A stretch of DNA of 64,000 nt from Octopus sinensis (taxonomy: Eukaryota). Every line of letters begins with the position of its first letter. Position 1 is the stretch's first letter. The stretch covers positions 40,796,001 to 40,860,000 of the forward strand of contig NC_043013.1 of assembly GCF_006345805.1 (NCBI RefSeq). Reading direction: 5' to 3'. The position numbers and the translations under genes were made by a program. The notes beneath the pieces are model-generated. The model did not search any database, was not told the origin of the DNA, and saw only the letters and a program-made list of their open reading frames with translations. Positions 37,052-48,873 of the stretch are shown in pieces.

Positions 37052-37320
37052 ATCATCATTATCATTTAACATTCCACTTTCCATGCTGATTTGGGTTGGA
37101 CGGTTTGACTGAGGACTGGCAAGCCAGGTGGCCATACCAGGGTCCAATCTGATCTGGCAAGGTTTTTACAGCTGGATGCCCTTCCTAATGCCAACCACTC
37201 TGAGAATGTAGTATGTGGTTTTTGTGTACCGCCAGCACAGGAGCCAGTCAGGCGGCACTGGCATCGACCATGCTCAAATGGTGCCTATTACATGCCACCG
37301 GCATAGGTGCCTGTCAGGCA
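37052..37320 (-). mobile_element. RTE-3'UTR-derived repeat (family E)
   Basis: (TCA)n..TTTCCATGCT..GGATGCCCTTCCTAATGCCAACCACTC. Confidence 0.8.
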
Positions 37321-37342
37321 AATATATATATATATATATATA

Positions 37343-37518
37343 CACCGGATTAAACACATAAATGTGAAACAAGGTGGAAAAAAGAGTACTCAAATACCAG
37401 AGGTAGAGTAATATGCTTTATTTAAAAGCAGCAGAAATTTAACAAAAGCTGTTACTTGGAGTTTCACGTTCCTGTTTGTCGGACAGTTTTGTTAAGAAAA
37501 ACTGTCTGACGAACGGGA
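37343..37518. mobile_element. Palindromic hammerhead element, left arm + centre + start of right arm (same family as 45122-45358)
   Basis: GGTGGAAAAAAGAGTACTCAAATACCAGAGGTAGAGTAATATGCTTTATT mirrors 45271-45320; minus motif AAAACTGT-CCGACAA-ACAGGAACGT-GAAAC-TCCAA-GTA-ACAG at 37444-37490. Confidence 0.8.
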
Positions 37519-37747
37519 CATATATATATATATATATATATAAGCAATAATTATAATGATATAGAATGTGGAGGCTGGTACCTACTCAAAATTTATTTCC
37601 TTATATTTTACAATTTCATACAACACATTTTTATGGTTATGACATGTGTTTCCATTGCACAGTGTAACGTAACCCAAACATAACTGAGAGCTACCTTGGT
37701 ATCCAGTCTGATAACATATCTCTCTAGACTCATACATATACACTGTA

Positions 37748-38150
37748 GGCGTAGGAGAGGCTGTGTGGTAAGCAGCTTGCTTACGAATCACATGGTTCCG
37801 GGTTCAGTCTCACTGTGTGGCACCTTTGTTCGGCCCAAGGCTATAGTGTCTTTTACTATAGCCTTGGGCCAACCAAAGCCTTATGAGTGGATTTGGTAGA
37901 CGGAAACTGAAAGAAGCCTGTTATATATGTATATATATATGTGTGCGTTTGTGTGTCTGTGTTTGTTCCCCCAACATCGCTTGACAATTGATGCTGGTGT
38001 GTTTACGTCCCCGTAAACTAGCGGTTTGGCAAAAGAGATCGATAGAATAAGTACTAGGCTTACAATGAATAAGTGCTGGGGTTGATTTGCTCGACTAAAG
38101 GCGGTGCTCCAGCATGGCTGCAGTCAAATGACTGAAACAAGTAAAATAAA
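37748..38150 (+). mobile_element. SINE family A, full length
   Basis: Family A motifs. Confidence 0.9.
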
Positions 38151-38169
38151 AAAAAGATACATACATACA

Positions 38170-38315
38170 TTCTTTCACTCTTTCACTTGTTTCAGTCATT
38201 TGACTGCGACCACGCTGGAGCACCACCTTAAAGGGTTTTTTTAGTTGAAGAAATCAACCCCAAAACTTATTCTTTGTTAGCCTAGTACTTATTCTATCAG
38301 TTTCTTTTGCTGAAC
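38170..38315 (-). mobile_element. SINE family A 3' fragment, tail-to-tail with previous copy
   Basis: CTCTTTTCACTTGTTTCAGTCATTTGACTGCG..CTAGTACTTATTCTATC. Confidence 0.8.
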
Positions 38316-38464
38316 TGTGTGTATGTATGTATGTATGTATGTGTGTGTGTATCTATGTATGTGCGTGTATATGTATGTGTGTGTATGTATGTATGTATGG
38401 TGCGTGTGTATGAATGTGCATATGTATGTGTGTGTATGTATGTATGGGTGTATATATGTATGTA

Positions 38465-38496
<32 letters not shown>

Positions 38497-38499
38497 AGT

Positions 38500-38712
38500 G
38501 TAGCTTTGTGTTTTACCCCCATCACTGCTTGACAGTCAGTGTTGACTTGTTTACACCCTCATAACTTAGCAGTTCGGCAAAAGACACTAATAGACAAAGT
38601 TCCAGGCTTAAAAAAAAAAAAGAAAAGAAAAAACAGTATTAGGGGCGATTTGTTTGACCAACGCCCTTCAAGGTGATGCCCCAGCATGGCCGAAGTTCAG
38701 TGACTGAAACAA
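38500..38712 (+). mobile_element. SINE family A 3' fragment
   Basis: CATCACTGCTTGACAG..ATAACTTAGCAGTTCGGCAAAAGA..CCAGCATGGCC..GACTGAAACAA. Confidence 0.7.
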
Positions 38713-39559
38713 ATATATATCTATACATTCTAGAGAGAGGGGAGAGGGGAAACGAGAAGTAGAAGGATGGCATGTGAGGGAGGGGAAAAGAGGAAAGGGC
38801 GAATGACAATAGAGGGAAACAATTCAAAACATCTCAGCTGGGACCCTCTGGTATGTGGACAATTCGCACGTAAACATATTTCTCTACAATAGTTGGAGTG
38901 GCGAATGAATACGCTCGTAAATAAGCACACAAGTAATAGATAGATGTAATGACAGTCACATACACACGTAGAAGAAGAGACACTGTGACTAGATTACTTC
39001 AATACAATAAAGCTTAAGGTGTATAGATACTGAGCAAGCCGGAACGACACAAAACACATACAGATGCATTCACACACACCCGTAATAGACAGGACAGTCT
39101 TTCGCCTTCGACAAACCGCCTTCTCGACTTCTAATATCAATCAGTAAACATAACACGATAAGAGGGGGGGGGAGGAGAGTGAAACCGTAGAGGTTGACAA
39201 ATGTTACAACTGTTAGTAAGACATGTTGGTGGCGGTGGGAGGGTACGCTAAACAAATACGTACTTAACTAGGATCATAGACATACGCACACACACACAGC
39301 TAGGAAGACATTGTATATCGACAGTGGCCTGCATACAGATATATACACTAGAGTAGCTAGTGGGGTGCAGTAGGCAGTGTAGTAGGGGCGGAGAGCACTT
39401 TCAAAGGATCACCACTTTAGGGTCTGCTGTAGGCAATATGTGTTCTTTTGTGGGGTCCGGGGACGGCAGATAGAAGGACTGCCCCGGGTGGTACACATTC
39501 TACCTATGCTAGTGCATATATACATACATGAATATATAAAAAAAATTATGTACTGTCAT

Positions 39560-39748
39560 CAATACTGGATTTACCATTGCGCTTAGGTGTTTTTAAGTAC
39601 AGGGCTTTGTTGACCAGGAGGGGCCCATTTTTCTGCCCCACCCAAATTTTTTACGCTTAGTTTCCCAAGCATGTATGCCTGATTGTGCAAGTAAGGGGCC
39701 TTTTAACTTAACTAGCAAAGGGCCTCATTTGTCCTAAATCCGGCACTG
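39560..39748. mobile_element. hAT-type MITE
   Basis: TIR CAATACTGGATTTA / TAAATCCGGCACTG; exact 8-bp TSD ACTGTCAT (39552-39559, 39749-39756). Confidence 0.85.
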
Positions 39749-40107
39749 ACTGTCATAGAGGTCAGCTGTCCTGCAGGTGTGAATATCTCGCTGAAAATCG
39801 AAGAGAAAGAAAATAACTATGGACAACTGCGTCGAAACCTTTAGCTTCTATATTCAGATTATAAATTTACATTCATACCGATAATAACCAGAGCAGAAAA
39901 CGAAATCAACCAACTAATTCGCACATTACAAATACAATCTGTAACTGGAACAGTAAAACTATGGAAGACTTTTCTCAGGTTCAAAATGTGACATAGCTTT
40001 CGTTAACGGCATTCTAAAGATGGAGATTTGTGTCTTTGTTAGAAACCAGCTCCTTCTCCAGAGGAAGGGTTTAAATAATTAAATATAGAAGAGACTTATG
40101 TATATAG

Positions 40108-40155
<48 letters not shown>

Positions 40156-40156
<1 letters not shown>

Positions 40157-40451
40157 GAGGCGCAATGGCCTAGTGGTTAGGGCAGCGGACTCGCGGTCGT
40201 AGGATCGCGGTTTCGATCCCCAGACCGGGTGTTGTGAGTGTTTATTGAGCGAAAACACCTAAAAGCTCCACGAGGCTCCGGCAGGGGGTGGTGGCGATCC
40301 CTGCTGTACTCTTTCGCCACAACTTTCTCTCGCATTTTTCTGTTGGCCTGCTCGCTTAGCCAGCGGGGTGGTATCATTTGATGGCTAAAACAATGCGAAG
40401 CGCATTGTGACCAGCGATGTGTAACAACATCTGATGGCCTGGTCGGTCACG

Positions 40452-40457
<6 letters not shown>
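40156..40457 (+). mobile_element. Young (CpG-rich) SINE, family D head with RTE-like tail, inserted in (TA)n
   Basis: A box TGGCCTAGTGG, B box-like GGTTTCGATCCC; tail TGTGACCAGCGATGTG..CTGGTCGGTCACGGTGATATAT. Confidence 0.85.
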
Positions 40458-40487
<30 letters not shown>

Positions 40488-40872
40488 TTCTGAATTTGTG
40501 TGAATGTGTATAGTATGATATATCAGTGGAATAAAGTTAAAACATGGTCTGGTTTTCGTGTTTTTATTATGGTATTTTAAAGTTAAAAAGATATTTTGTA
40601 ATGTTCATAAAGCTCAGTTAGCGTTTTCATATGTTCATAGTAATCATCAGATTTAAAACTGTATATAACTGACTAATGAGTTCTCGACAACAGTAGGACC
40701 TCTTGGAACGCTCCAACAACCTGAATTTTTGGAATATGGTTTAGACCAGTCCACATGCAGCTTAAACATCACGGTTTGCCAGGCATACCAATATTCTGTA
40801 ATTTATTTATATTCATATGTCAAAGATAATTTTTAATCTACATCATTAATTGGTTGTTTTATTGTTGTTGTA

Positions 40873-40906
<34 letters not shown>

Positions 40907-40943
40907 ATATATATATATGTATGTGTGTGTATATATATATATA

Positions 40944-41026
<83 letters not shown>

Positions 41027-41028
<2 letters not shown>

Positions 41029-41229
41029 GCACGGCTGTGTGGTTAGGAAGCTTGCTTCCTAGCTACATGGTTTCGGGTTCAGCCCCACCGCGTGGCACTT
41101 TGGGCAAGTGTCTTCTGCTATAACCTCAGGCCAAAGCTTTTTGTGATTGAATTTGGTAGGCAGAAGTTACTGCTGTATGTATATATATGTGTGTGTGCAG
41201 GTGCTTGTGCCTCTTCAAGAGAGGGAGAG

Positions 41230-41278
<49 letters not shown>

Positions 41279-41558
41279 CACAGACACAAATGCATATCTA
41301 TACATGAACAACTACATATACATTATGAACATCATTTAATGTCTCCTTTACATTGCTGGCATGGGCCAGATGGTTCTATAGGTTCTGACAAGCGCAGGAG
41401 TGGCTGTGTGGTAAGTAGCTTGCTTACCAACCACATGGTTCCGGGTTCAAGGTACCTTGAGCAAGTGTCTTCTACCATAGCCTTGGGCTGACCCAAGCCT
41501 TGTGAGTAGATTTGGTGGACGGAAACTGAAAGAAGCCTGTCGCATATATGTGTGTATA

Positions 41559-41610
<52 letters not shown>

Positions 41611-41822
41611 GTGTGTATATGTTTGTGTGTCTGTGTTTGTCTCCCCAACATCTCTTGACAACCGATGCTGGTGTGTTTACGTCCCCGTAACTTAGCAGTT
41701 CGGCAAAAGAGACCGATAGAATAAGTACTAGGCTTACAAAGAATAAGTCCTGAGGTCGATTTGCTCAACTAAAGGTGGTGCTCCAGCATAGCCACAGTCA
41801 AATGACTGAAACAAGTGAAAGA
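41027..41822 (+). mobile_element. SINE family A 5' fragment (41027-41165) plus full copy (41393-41822)
   Basis: Two family A heads; one tail. Confidence 0.8.
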
Positions 41823-41989
41823 ATATATATTCATGGACGTATAAAGCTAAATAGAATCACTGTCTTCCACGCATACAGTCTTGTCCTTTCAGGTGCAAGT
41901 GCCACTTAAAATGCACCAGTACCAGTGTTGCATTAAAACACCTGTACCGGTGATGAGTAAATGCACCGTTGACAGTGACAGGTAAAAAC

Positions 41990-42165
41990 ACCTGGCACAC
42001 TGTTAAGTGGTTGGCATTAGGAAGGGCATCCAACTGTAGAAACCCTGGCCAAATCAGACAGCTCAAGTCTGGACAGCTCCCTGTTAGCTAGCTCCATCCA
42101 TGTCAAACCATCCAACCCATGCCAGCATGGAGACTGAACATTAAACGATGATGATGATAATGGTG
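41990..42165 (+). mobile_element. RTE-3'UTR-derived repeat (family E)
   Basis: GTGGTTGGCATTAGGAAGGGCATCCAACTGTAGAAAC..(TGA)n. Confidence 0.8.
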
Positions 42166-42479
42166 ATGATGTGTGTCTATGGGTTGTGTTCTTAATTGTG
42201 TTTGCTTAGTGCACCATACCATGGTGACCTTGAAGAGAGACATACAAAACAAAGAGACATGCTGACAGCGTGTACGTACACACACACTAACACACACCCA
42301 CCCATACTGAGTCGTGACTGTGGACAGAAGTGTAAGTCTACAAAATGCCTGGCATAACTAAAGGTATTTATCCGAAAGATAATCTATGGATTTGCAGCCC
42401 TGAAATGAAATAGCTGAATTGAAATTTGAGTTAAATATTTTAACACATCAATAACTTTCTGATATCAAGGTTTTATGTG

Positions 42480-42510
<31 letters not shown>

Positions 42511-42649
42511 TGTGTGTGTGTGAGAGAGAGAAAGAGAGAGATGGACAACAAATTCAAAAAGCTATGTGTCATCACTTAAAATAAAATACTGGAAGATTAT
42601 AGATTATATACAAATATATATATATATATATATGACACATAAAAGGCTC

Positions 42650-42860
42650 TCGTGACACATAAGAGGCACCTGTGCCAGCAAGATATTAAAGGCAACCATT
42701 ACATTTTGTGGAGTGGTTGGCATTAAGAAGGGCATCCAGTTACAAAAACCAAACCAAAAGGGACCGGAGCCTGGTGCAGCTCTCCAGTTTGTTAGTTCCT
42801 GCCAAGCCGTCCAACCTATGCCAGCATGGAAAACAGATGTATGATGATGATGATGATATA
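42650..42860 (+). mobile_element. RTE-3'UTR-derived repeat (family E)
   Basis: GGAGTGGTTGGCATTAAGAAGGGCATCC..CCAGCATGGAAAACAG..(TGA)n. Confidence 0.8.
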
Positions 42861-43405
42861 ATAATTAATCCAAAATCATTAGTCAGACAAAATATATTCT
42901 ATTTCACCTAGGTCTCATCAGAAAACTCTCAGACTTATCTTTGAGTACTTTATTCTAACTGGTCAGACAAAGCTTTTTGAACTTGTCACTCCTTGAAATG
43001 AATGAATGAATGAATGACCGAATGAATGAATGAAATAGCGAGTGAGAGAGTGAATAATTGAATACATGAGGAGTGAACAAGGGAGTGAGTCTGTCAGTCT
43101 GTCTACTTATGAATACTCTTTTTCTCTTATGTGTATTTATATAGGTGTGTCAGGCAGTGTTTCCTTGTCTTGACAATGAAACTGTGGTAAATGAACGTCA
43201 CAGTCATATGAGCAGGGTTATCTAATTCCAATATCCTGCACAAATATGTCTGGCCAAGGGGAAAATTTACCTTGTTTGGAAACAGGTAAGGGTTGGTGAC
43301 AGGAAGGACATCTGACTTTTGAAAACTTTGCTTCAATAAACTCTTCCGACTCATGAAAGCATGGACATTAAAATAATGCTGATGACCATATTTACATAAA
43401 TATTA

Positions 43406-43614
43406 TAAAGGCTGTTGAAAAGTTCCTGGCTTTAAGGGTATCATGGATGCCTTGGATGGGAGCCCAACCTTCCAAATTCATTTACAGGGCTTAGAAAAAC
43501 TGAAGGACTGCACCAGAAAGTGTGTGAGGGCAATATGTTGAATAAAATCATAATTAACTCATCCTCCTGTATTTTCTTTTACCAAAGGTCATGACCTTTT
43601 CAGCAACCGCCTCG
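43406..43614 (+). mobile_element. ~200-bp mariner-derived MITE (copy 2)
   Basis: TTGAAAAGTTCCTGGCTTTAAGGGTAT..GGGCTTAGAAAAACTGAAGG..CTTTTCAGCAACC. Confidence 0.75.
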
Positions 43615-43633
43615 TTAATATATATATATATAT

Positions 43634-45080
43634 ATCATCATCGTTTAATGTTCGTTTTCCATGCGAGCACGGGTTGGACTGTTCGACCAGGGTCTGGGAA
43701 GCCAAGAGGCTGCACCAGGCTCCAGTCTGGTCTGGCAGTGTTTCCACAGCTGGATGCCCTTCCTAACGCCAACCACTCCGTGAGTGTAGTGGGTGCTTTT
43801 TACGTGCCACTGGCACAGATGCCAGGGAAGCTGGTTGTGGCCACGCTTGGTTGGTGCTTTTTACGGGCCACCGGCACAGAAGCCAGTCAAGGTGGTGCTG
43901 GCATCGACCACGTTTGGATGGTGCTTTTTATGTGCCACCGGCACAAGTATCACAACTACAATTTCCGTTTGATATTTATTTTGATGTTGATGTACTTGAC
44001 TTAATAGGTCTCCTCAAGCACAGCAGGTCATGTGCACCGGCACAGAAGCCAGTCAAGGCAACGCTGGCATTGGCCACGTTTGGATGGTGCTTTTTATGTG
44101 CTGTGGGTACACGTATCATGTAACTACAATTTCCATTTGATATTTGTTTTGATACTGATATTGATGTACTTGACTCAATAGGTCTCCTCAAGCACAGCAA
44201 GTCACCTTACGATCCAAGGTAAGCACAACAGGTCGTTCTGCAATCCAGGTACTTTGGATGAGCTGGGGCTATGCGAAACTGGTGGAGGAAGCAGCCCGGG
44301 TCTTTGCAGTCACAGCATATCTCCAGAGATCTTGGTCTTTCGTCATTGCCTCTGTGAGGCCCAATGTTCGAAGGTCATGCTTGACTACCTCATCCCATGT
44401 CTCCCTGGGTCTACCTCTCCACCTGATACCTTCAACTGTTTGGGAGTGGCACTTCTTCACACATCTTTCCTCATCCATCCACAGTACATGACCATACCAG
44501 CGCAAACGTCTCTCTTGCACACCACATCTGAAGCTTCTTATGTCCAGCATTTCTCTCAGGATGCTTACACTCTGTCGTGTGTGCACACTGACATTACACA
44601 TTCAGCGGATCATGCTAGCTTCATTTCTTTCAAGTCTACGCATGTCCTCTGCAGTCACAACCCATGTTTCACTACTGTGAAGCATAGCGGTTTGCACACA
44701 TGCATCATACAATCTACCTTTCACTCTGAGCAAGAGACCCTTTGTCACCAGTAGGGGTAGGAGCTTTCTAAACTTTGCCCAGGCTATTCTTATTCTAGTG
44801 ATGACACTCTCTGAGCATCCACCTCCACTACTAACTTGGTCACCTAGGTAGCGAAAACTATCAACTACTTCTAGTTTCTCCCCCTGAAGCATGATGGAAT
44901 CTGTTTTCTGAGTATTTGTGGTGTCTATTGCCCCTGTGCATCTGCCGCACATAAAAGCTATCTTATCAGTTAATTTCCCTTTGATGTTGCTGCACCTCTT
45001 ATGCATCCATAGCTTACACTGGGTACATCTTATGAGTTTCAACCTACACCTAGTTTCTAGACGGAATGCACACTTCCATT
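43634..45080 (-). mobile_element. 5'-truncated RTE LINE (RT C-terminal region + 3' UTR)
   Basis: ORF pieces RCTQCKLWMHKRC..FMCGRC..EVVDSFRYLGD..AWAKFRKLLPLL, RRLRWYGHV..GRPRETW; (TCA)n tail at ~43634. Confidence 0.92.
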
Positions 45081-45121
45081 TCTAAGTAAGTTTTATCTTA
45101 ACATATATATATATACACAAA

Positions 45122-45358
45122 CACTTTATTAAAAAGCAGCAAAAATATCACTAAAACTGTTACTCAGAGTTTCATGTTCCTGTTCAATGGACAGTTAGAA
45201 ACAAAACTGTCCGATGAACGGGAACGTGAAACTCTTAGTAACAGTTTTTGTGATTTTTTGCTCCTTTTTAATAAAGCATATTACTCTACCCCTGGTATTC
45301 AAGTACTATTTTTCCACCTTGTTTTGGTTTTACACTTATGTGCTTACTTTGGTACATA
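45122..45358. mobile_element. Palindromic hammerhead element (truncated left arm, full right arm) in (TA)n
   Basis: 45122-45196 mirrors 45205-45278; flanked by TA runs. Confidence 0.85.
45203..45248 (+). ncRNA. Minimal type-I hammerhead (U4C core variant)
   Basis: AAAACTGT-CCGATGA-ACG(GGAA)CGT-GAAAC-TCTTA-GTA-ACAGTTTT: perfect 8-bp stem I, GNRA-capped stem II; decayed mirror on minus strand 45153-45196. Confidence 0.7.
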
Positions 45359-45491
45359 TATATATACACACACACATATGTATATATAACATCAGTAGTT
45401 CATATATCCAAACAAGAAGCACACTCTAAAATATTAGAGCAGTAATTTGCCACTCTATGACAAGACATAACAATTAACTTCGTAATATATA

Positions 45492-46545
45492 CAAGGGTTG
45501 GACAGAATAATGGAAACACCTGGCATCAATTTTGAAACATCTATAAAACTGTCAAAAGATTGCTTGCTATTATGTTTTTTGATTTATTATTAGTGTTGCC
45601 TAAGATGTTTTGCTGAAATTGCTGTTTCTTTTCAGATATCATCAGAAAAAGGTAATTAAAATTCATTAAAATGACATATCTATCGGACTTTCAAAGAGGT
45701 CAAATTGTTGGTGCTCATATAGCAGGCACTAGTGTAGCAAAAACAGCTGAAATGTTTGGTGTATCAAGAAGTACTGACATCCTTTGAGAAAGAGGGAAAA
45801 AACCTCCTTGCTGAACAAAACTCTGGAAAAAAACCAAAGCTTTCAGATAAGGACTGTTGGACTCTTACGCAAATCGTTAAAAAGGATAGCAAAAGTACAA
45901 AATTACTGCAGAGCTTAGTGACCACCTCGAGAACTCAGTTTCCACAAAAACTGTTCACCAGGAGCTGCACTAAGCCAGATTTCATGAGAGGGCTGCAATC
46001 AGAAAGCCACTACTTTCAAAAACAAACATTGGCAAAGTGTTTAGAGTGGAGTAAAAACTTACAGAATTGGTCCCTAGAGCAGTGGAAGAATGTTATTTTC
46101 TCAGATGAGTCATCCTTTACATTATTTCCAACCACCAGCCAAGTATACTTGTGGTGACAGCCAAAAGAAGCATTTGACCCAGACTGCCTTCTTCCAACTG
46201 TTAAACATGGAGGAGAATCGAGGGGGTGGGGCTATATCTTGGAAATTTGCCGGCCCAATGGTTTCCCTTCATGGCAGAATTAATAATCAAGACTATTTAA
46301 GCATTTTATCTGATCAAATTCATTCTATGATTGCGGAACAGTTTCTGGAGGGAAACGCAATCGTTCAGGTTGATAATGCACCAATTCACACAGCTAAAGT
46401 TGTTATTGAATGGCATGAAGAACATTCTAGTGAAGTTGAACATTTTATCTGGCCACCACAGTCCCCAGATCTCAATATTATTGAACATTTATGGTGCATT
46501 TTAGAAAAACGAGTAAGGAGTTGATATCCTCCACCATCATCACTG
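45492..46545 (+). mobile_element. Decayed Tc1-like transposon, 3' end missing
   Basis: TA|CAAGGGTTGGACAGAATAATGG; LSDFQRGQIVGA, WKNVIFSDESSF, VQVDNAPIH, WPPQSPDLNIIEHLW. Confidence 0.9.
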
Positions 46546-47050
46546 TGTCTTTTTGGACAGCTGAAAGCAGTTTTGGTACAAACTTGGCAGATGCAGGTCT
46601 CATGCCCAAATCTTCAGTGATAATGGACTGAACTGAACTGTAACTAATCTGCACATCTTTTGCCAACTCAGAGCTGGATGTACACCTCAGATGATTTTCT
46701 TAGTCCTTCTGGTTGCAGGTCTCCCAGAACATTCATCCATATACGACATTTTTTTGGCCATATTGGAAACATTTGAATCACTCATGCACTGTGTGCATGG
46801 CTCATACACTCCTCTCCATACAGTTTCTGTAACTTTGTGTAGGCTTCTGAGCAGGTAACACCATGACATCTTTCTCTGTCATAGTCAATGCGACAATCAC
46901 ATGCTACACACCTTCCTTCCAAGCACTGCTGTAAAACTTAGTGTGCATGCACAGCAGAGTTGAAAGTCGATCTTTGCCAAGCAGTTTCTATCTGCATGCT
47001 TTAGCTTCATTACTATGGCAACAACCCAGATACTTATTGATCAGGCCTCA
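46546..47050 (-). mobile_element. Mariner 5' fragment
   Basis: SGRPAT, ISYSSVQSIITEDLGMR..SAKFVPKLL; TIR-like GAGGCCTGATCAATAAGTATC at ~47030-47050. Confidence 0.8.
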
Positions 47051-47648
47051 TACACACATACTCATGGAGGGTGCTAACTAAAATACACAAATATACATCT
47101 CTAACACATACAAAAGATATTTGAATTATCTGAATTAGAAATATGTATATGTATGTATGTGTGTGTGTGTGTTTATAGTCAGGACAAATACACATTCAGT
47201 GAAGTTATACATACACAAGAGAGAAAGATAAAGATTGGTTATGTTTCCACATATGGAAGAAAGTCAAAGACCTATAGAGCTTTGTGGAATCCATATGATG
47301 CCTGAATTCTAACAGCCAAACAAAGATATCAATAACTATCTTGTTGAAGTTTACAATTGACGAATGGATCACATTACCGAGACAGCTCGGTTAATGAGTT
47401 GGTGAGAAGAAGTGTGGACACAGCCCTCTCTCCTGGGAATGCCGGGAGATCTTATATAATGCTGTTTACAAAGTAAAAATAGAAGTTAAACAATTGGTAA
47501 GTGGAGTATATTAGTTTGCTGTTAAGACATCAAAAATTTTCATATTTTGAGCAGTAACTGTTAATGAAGGGTCATATTCAGAATGCTAACATTATACTTC
47601 CCCTGTTCTTCACAGCAAATCAATTTATTTTATTCTGAACTGATTATA

Positions 47649-47849
47649 TTCAGGGGTGCTGAAAAGTTCCTGGCTTTAAGGGTATTGCAAAAGGCTTGTT
47701 TGGGGCCCAACTTTCTGAGTTCTTTTACAGGACATTAAAAACTGAAGAACCACTGCAATAAGTGTATGTAATGTTGGATAAAATCATGATTAACTGATCC
47801 ACATATATTTTCTTTTACCCAAAGCCAAGAACTTTTCAGCAATCCCTCA
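47649..47849 (+). mobile_element. ~200-bp mariner-derived MITE (copy 3)
   Basis: GGGGTGCTGAAAAGTTCCTGGCTTT..AAAGCCAAGAACTTTTCAGCA. Confidence 0.75.
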
Positions 47850-47884
47850 TATATTATAAAATTCTTTGTATAATATGATATATG

Positions 47885-48400
47885 CTGGTGGCATGTAAAA
47901 AGCACCATTTGAGTATTGGGCATCATAGAGGCAGTGACATAAAACCAAGCAAGATCGTAGTTGTGGCCAATGCTAGTATCACGTAAATGGTCTGTTAAAA
48001 GTACCTTTCAATCATTGGGTGATATGTTGTGCTTGTGAAGACCTGTAAAACTGAGTGAAATTGTAGTCGTGGCTGATGCCAGTGCCATCTGACTAGCACC
48101 CATGCCGGTGGCACATAAAAAGTACCGTTCAAGTGTTGGGTCTCATGGAAGCAGTGACAGGTGACCAAGACCTTTGGTGATATACTATGCTTCAAGCCAA
48201 GTGAGACCATAAGCATGCTTGATGCTAGTGACACATTAAAAGCACCCACTACACTCTTGGAGTGGTTGGCATTAGGAAGGGCATCCAGCCACAGAAAGCT
48301 TGCCAAATCAGATCGGAGTTTGGTGCAGCCCCCACCCCTGCTAAACATCCAACCCATGCCAGCATGGAAAGTGGGCGTTGAATGATGATGATGATGATAA
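47885..48400 (+). mobile_element. RTE 3' UTR fragment (family E, long form)
   Basis: GGTGGCATGTAAAAAGCACC repeats..GGAGTGGTTGGCATTAGGAAGGGCATCC..(TGA)n. Confidence 0.75.
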
Positions 48401-48644
48401 AAAAAAATATATATAAAATGCATATAAAATATATTAAACATCATCATTGTTTCAACATTTACTTTTCCATGCTTACAAAGGGACAGATGAGAGTTTATCG
48501 AGACAAAGTTTTCTATGGCTGGATGCCCTTCCTCCTGCCAATCCCCACTCGTTTCCAGGCAAGATAAGAATCTCTCAGTTGATCAAATAACAAACTAAAA
48601 GAACTGCAAACAAATAATATAGTATGTCTCTTTTATTTCTCTTT

Positions 48645-48838
48645 TCTCTTTTACTTGTTTCAATCATTTGACTGCGGCCATGCTGGAGCACCGCCTTTAG
48701 TCGAGCAAATCAACCCCGGGACTTATTCTTTGTAAGCCCAGTACTTATTCTATCAGTCTCTTTTGCCGAACCGCTAAGTGACGGGAACGTAAACACACCA
48801 GCATCGGTTGTCAAGCAATGCTAGGGGAACAAACACAA

Positions 48839-48873
<35 letters not shown>

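Noticed and set aside
40156-40232. tRNA-like heads (also 17471, 25272, 54924, 62257) as tRNA genes
   Set aside because: No complete cloverleaf or acceptor stem; each continues into a SINE body
40600-40655. Minus-strand CTGATGA..TATGAACATA..GAAAA
   Set aside because: No NUH followed by a strand complementary to stem I
42880-42930. Minus-strand CTGATGA-GACCTAGGT-GAAA-TAGAATATA hammerhead-like string
   Set aside because: Stem I cannot form (TTTT faces TTTT) and the stem II loop is 2 nt
45620-45650. Minus-strand CTGATGATATCTGAAA
   Set aside because: Inside the Tc1 5' region, with no stems; chance match
45756-46524. Tc1 and mariner ORFs as active or domesticated transposases
   Set aside because: All are split by frameshifts or stops, or lack catalytic segments
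47320-47500. Possible exon ending at CAATTG|GTAAGT
   Set aside because: All three frames from the nearest good acceptor contain stops; cannot support a coding exon (non-coding exon not excluded)
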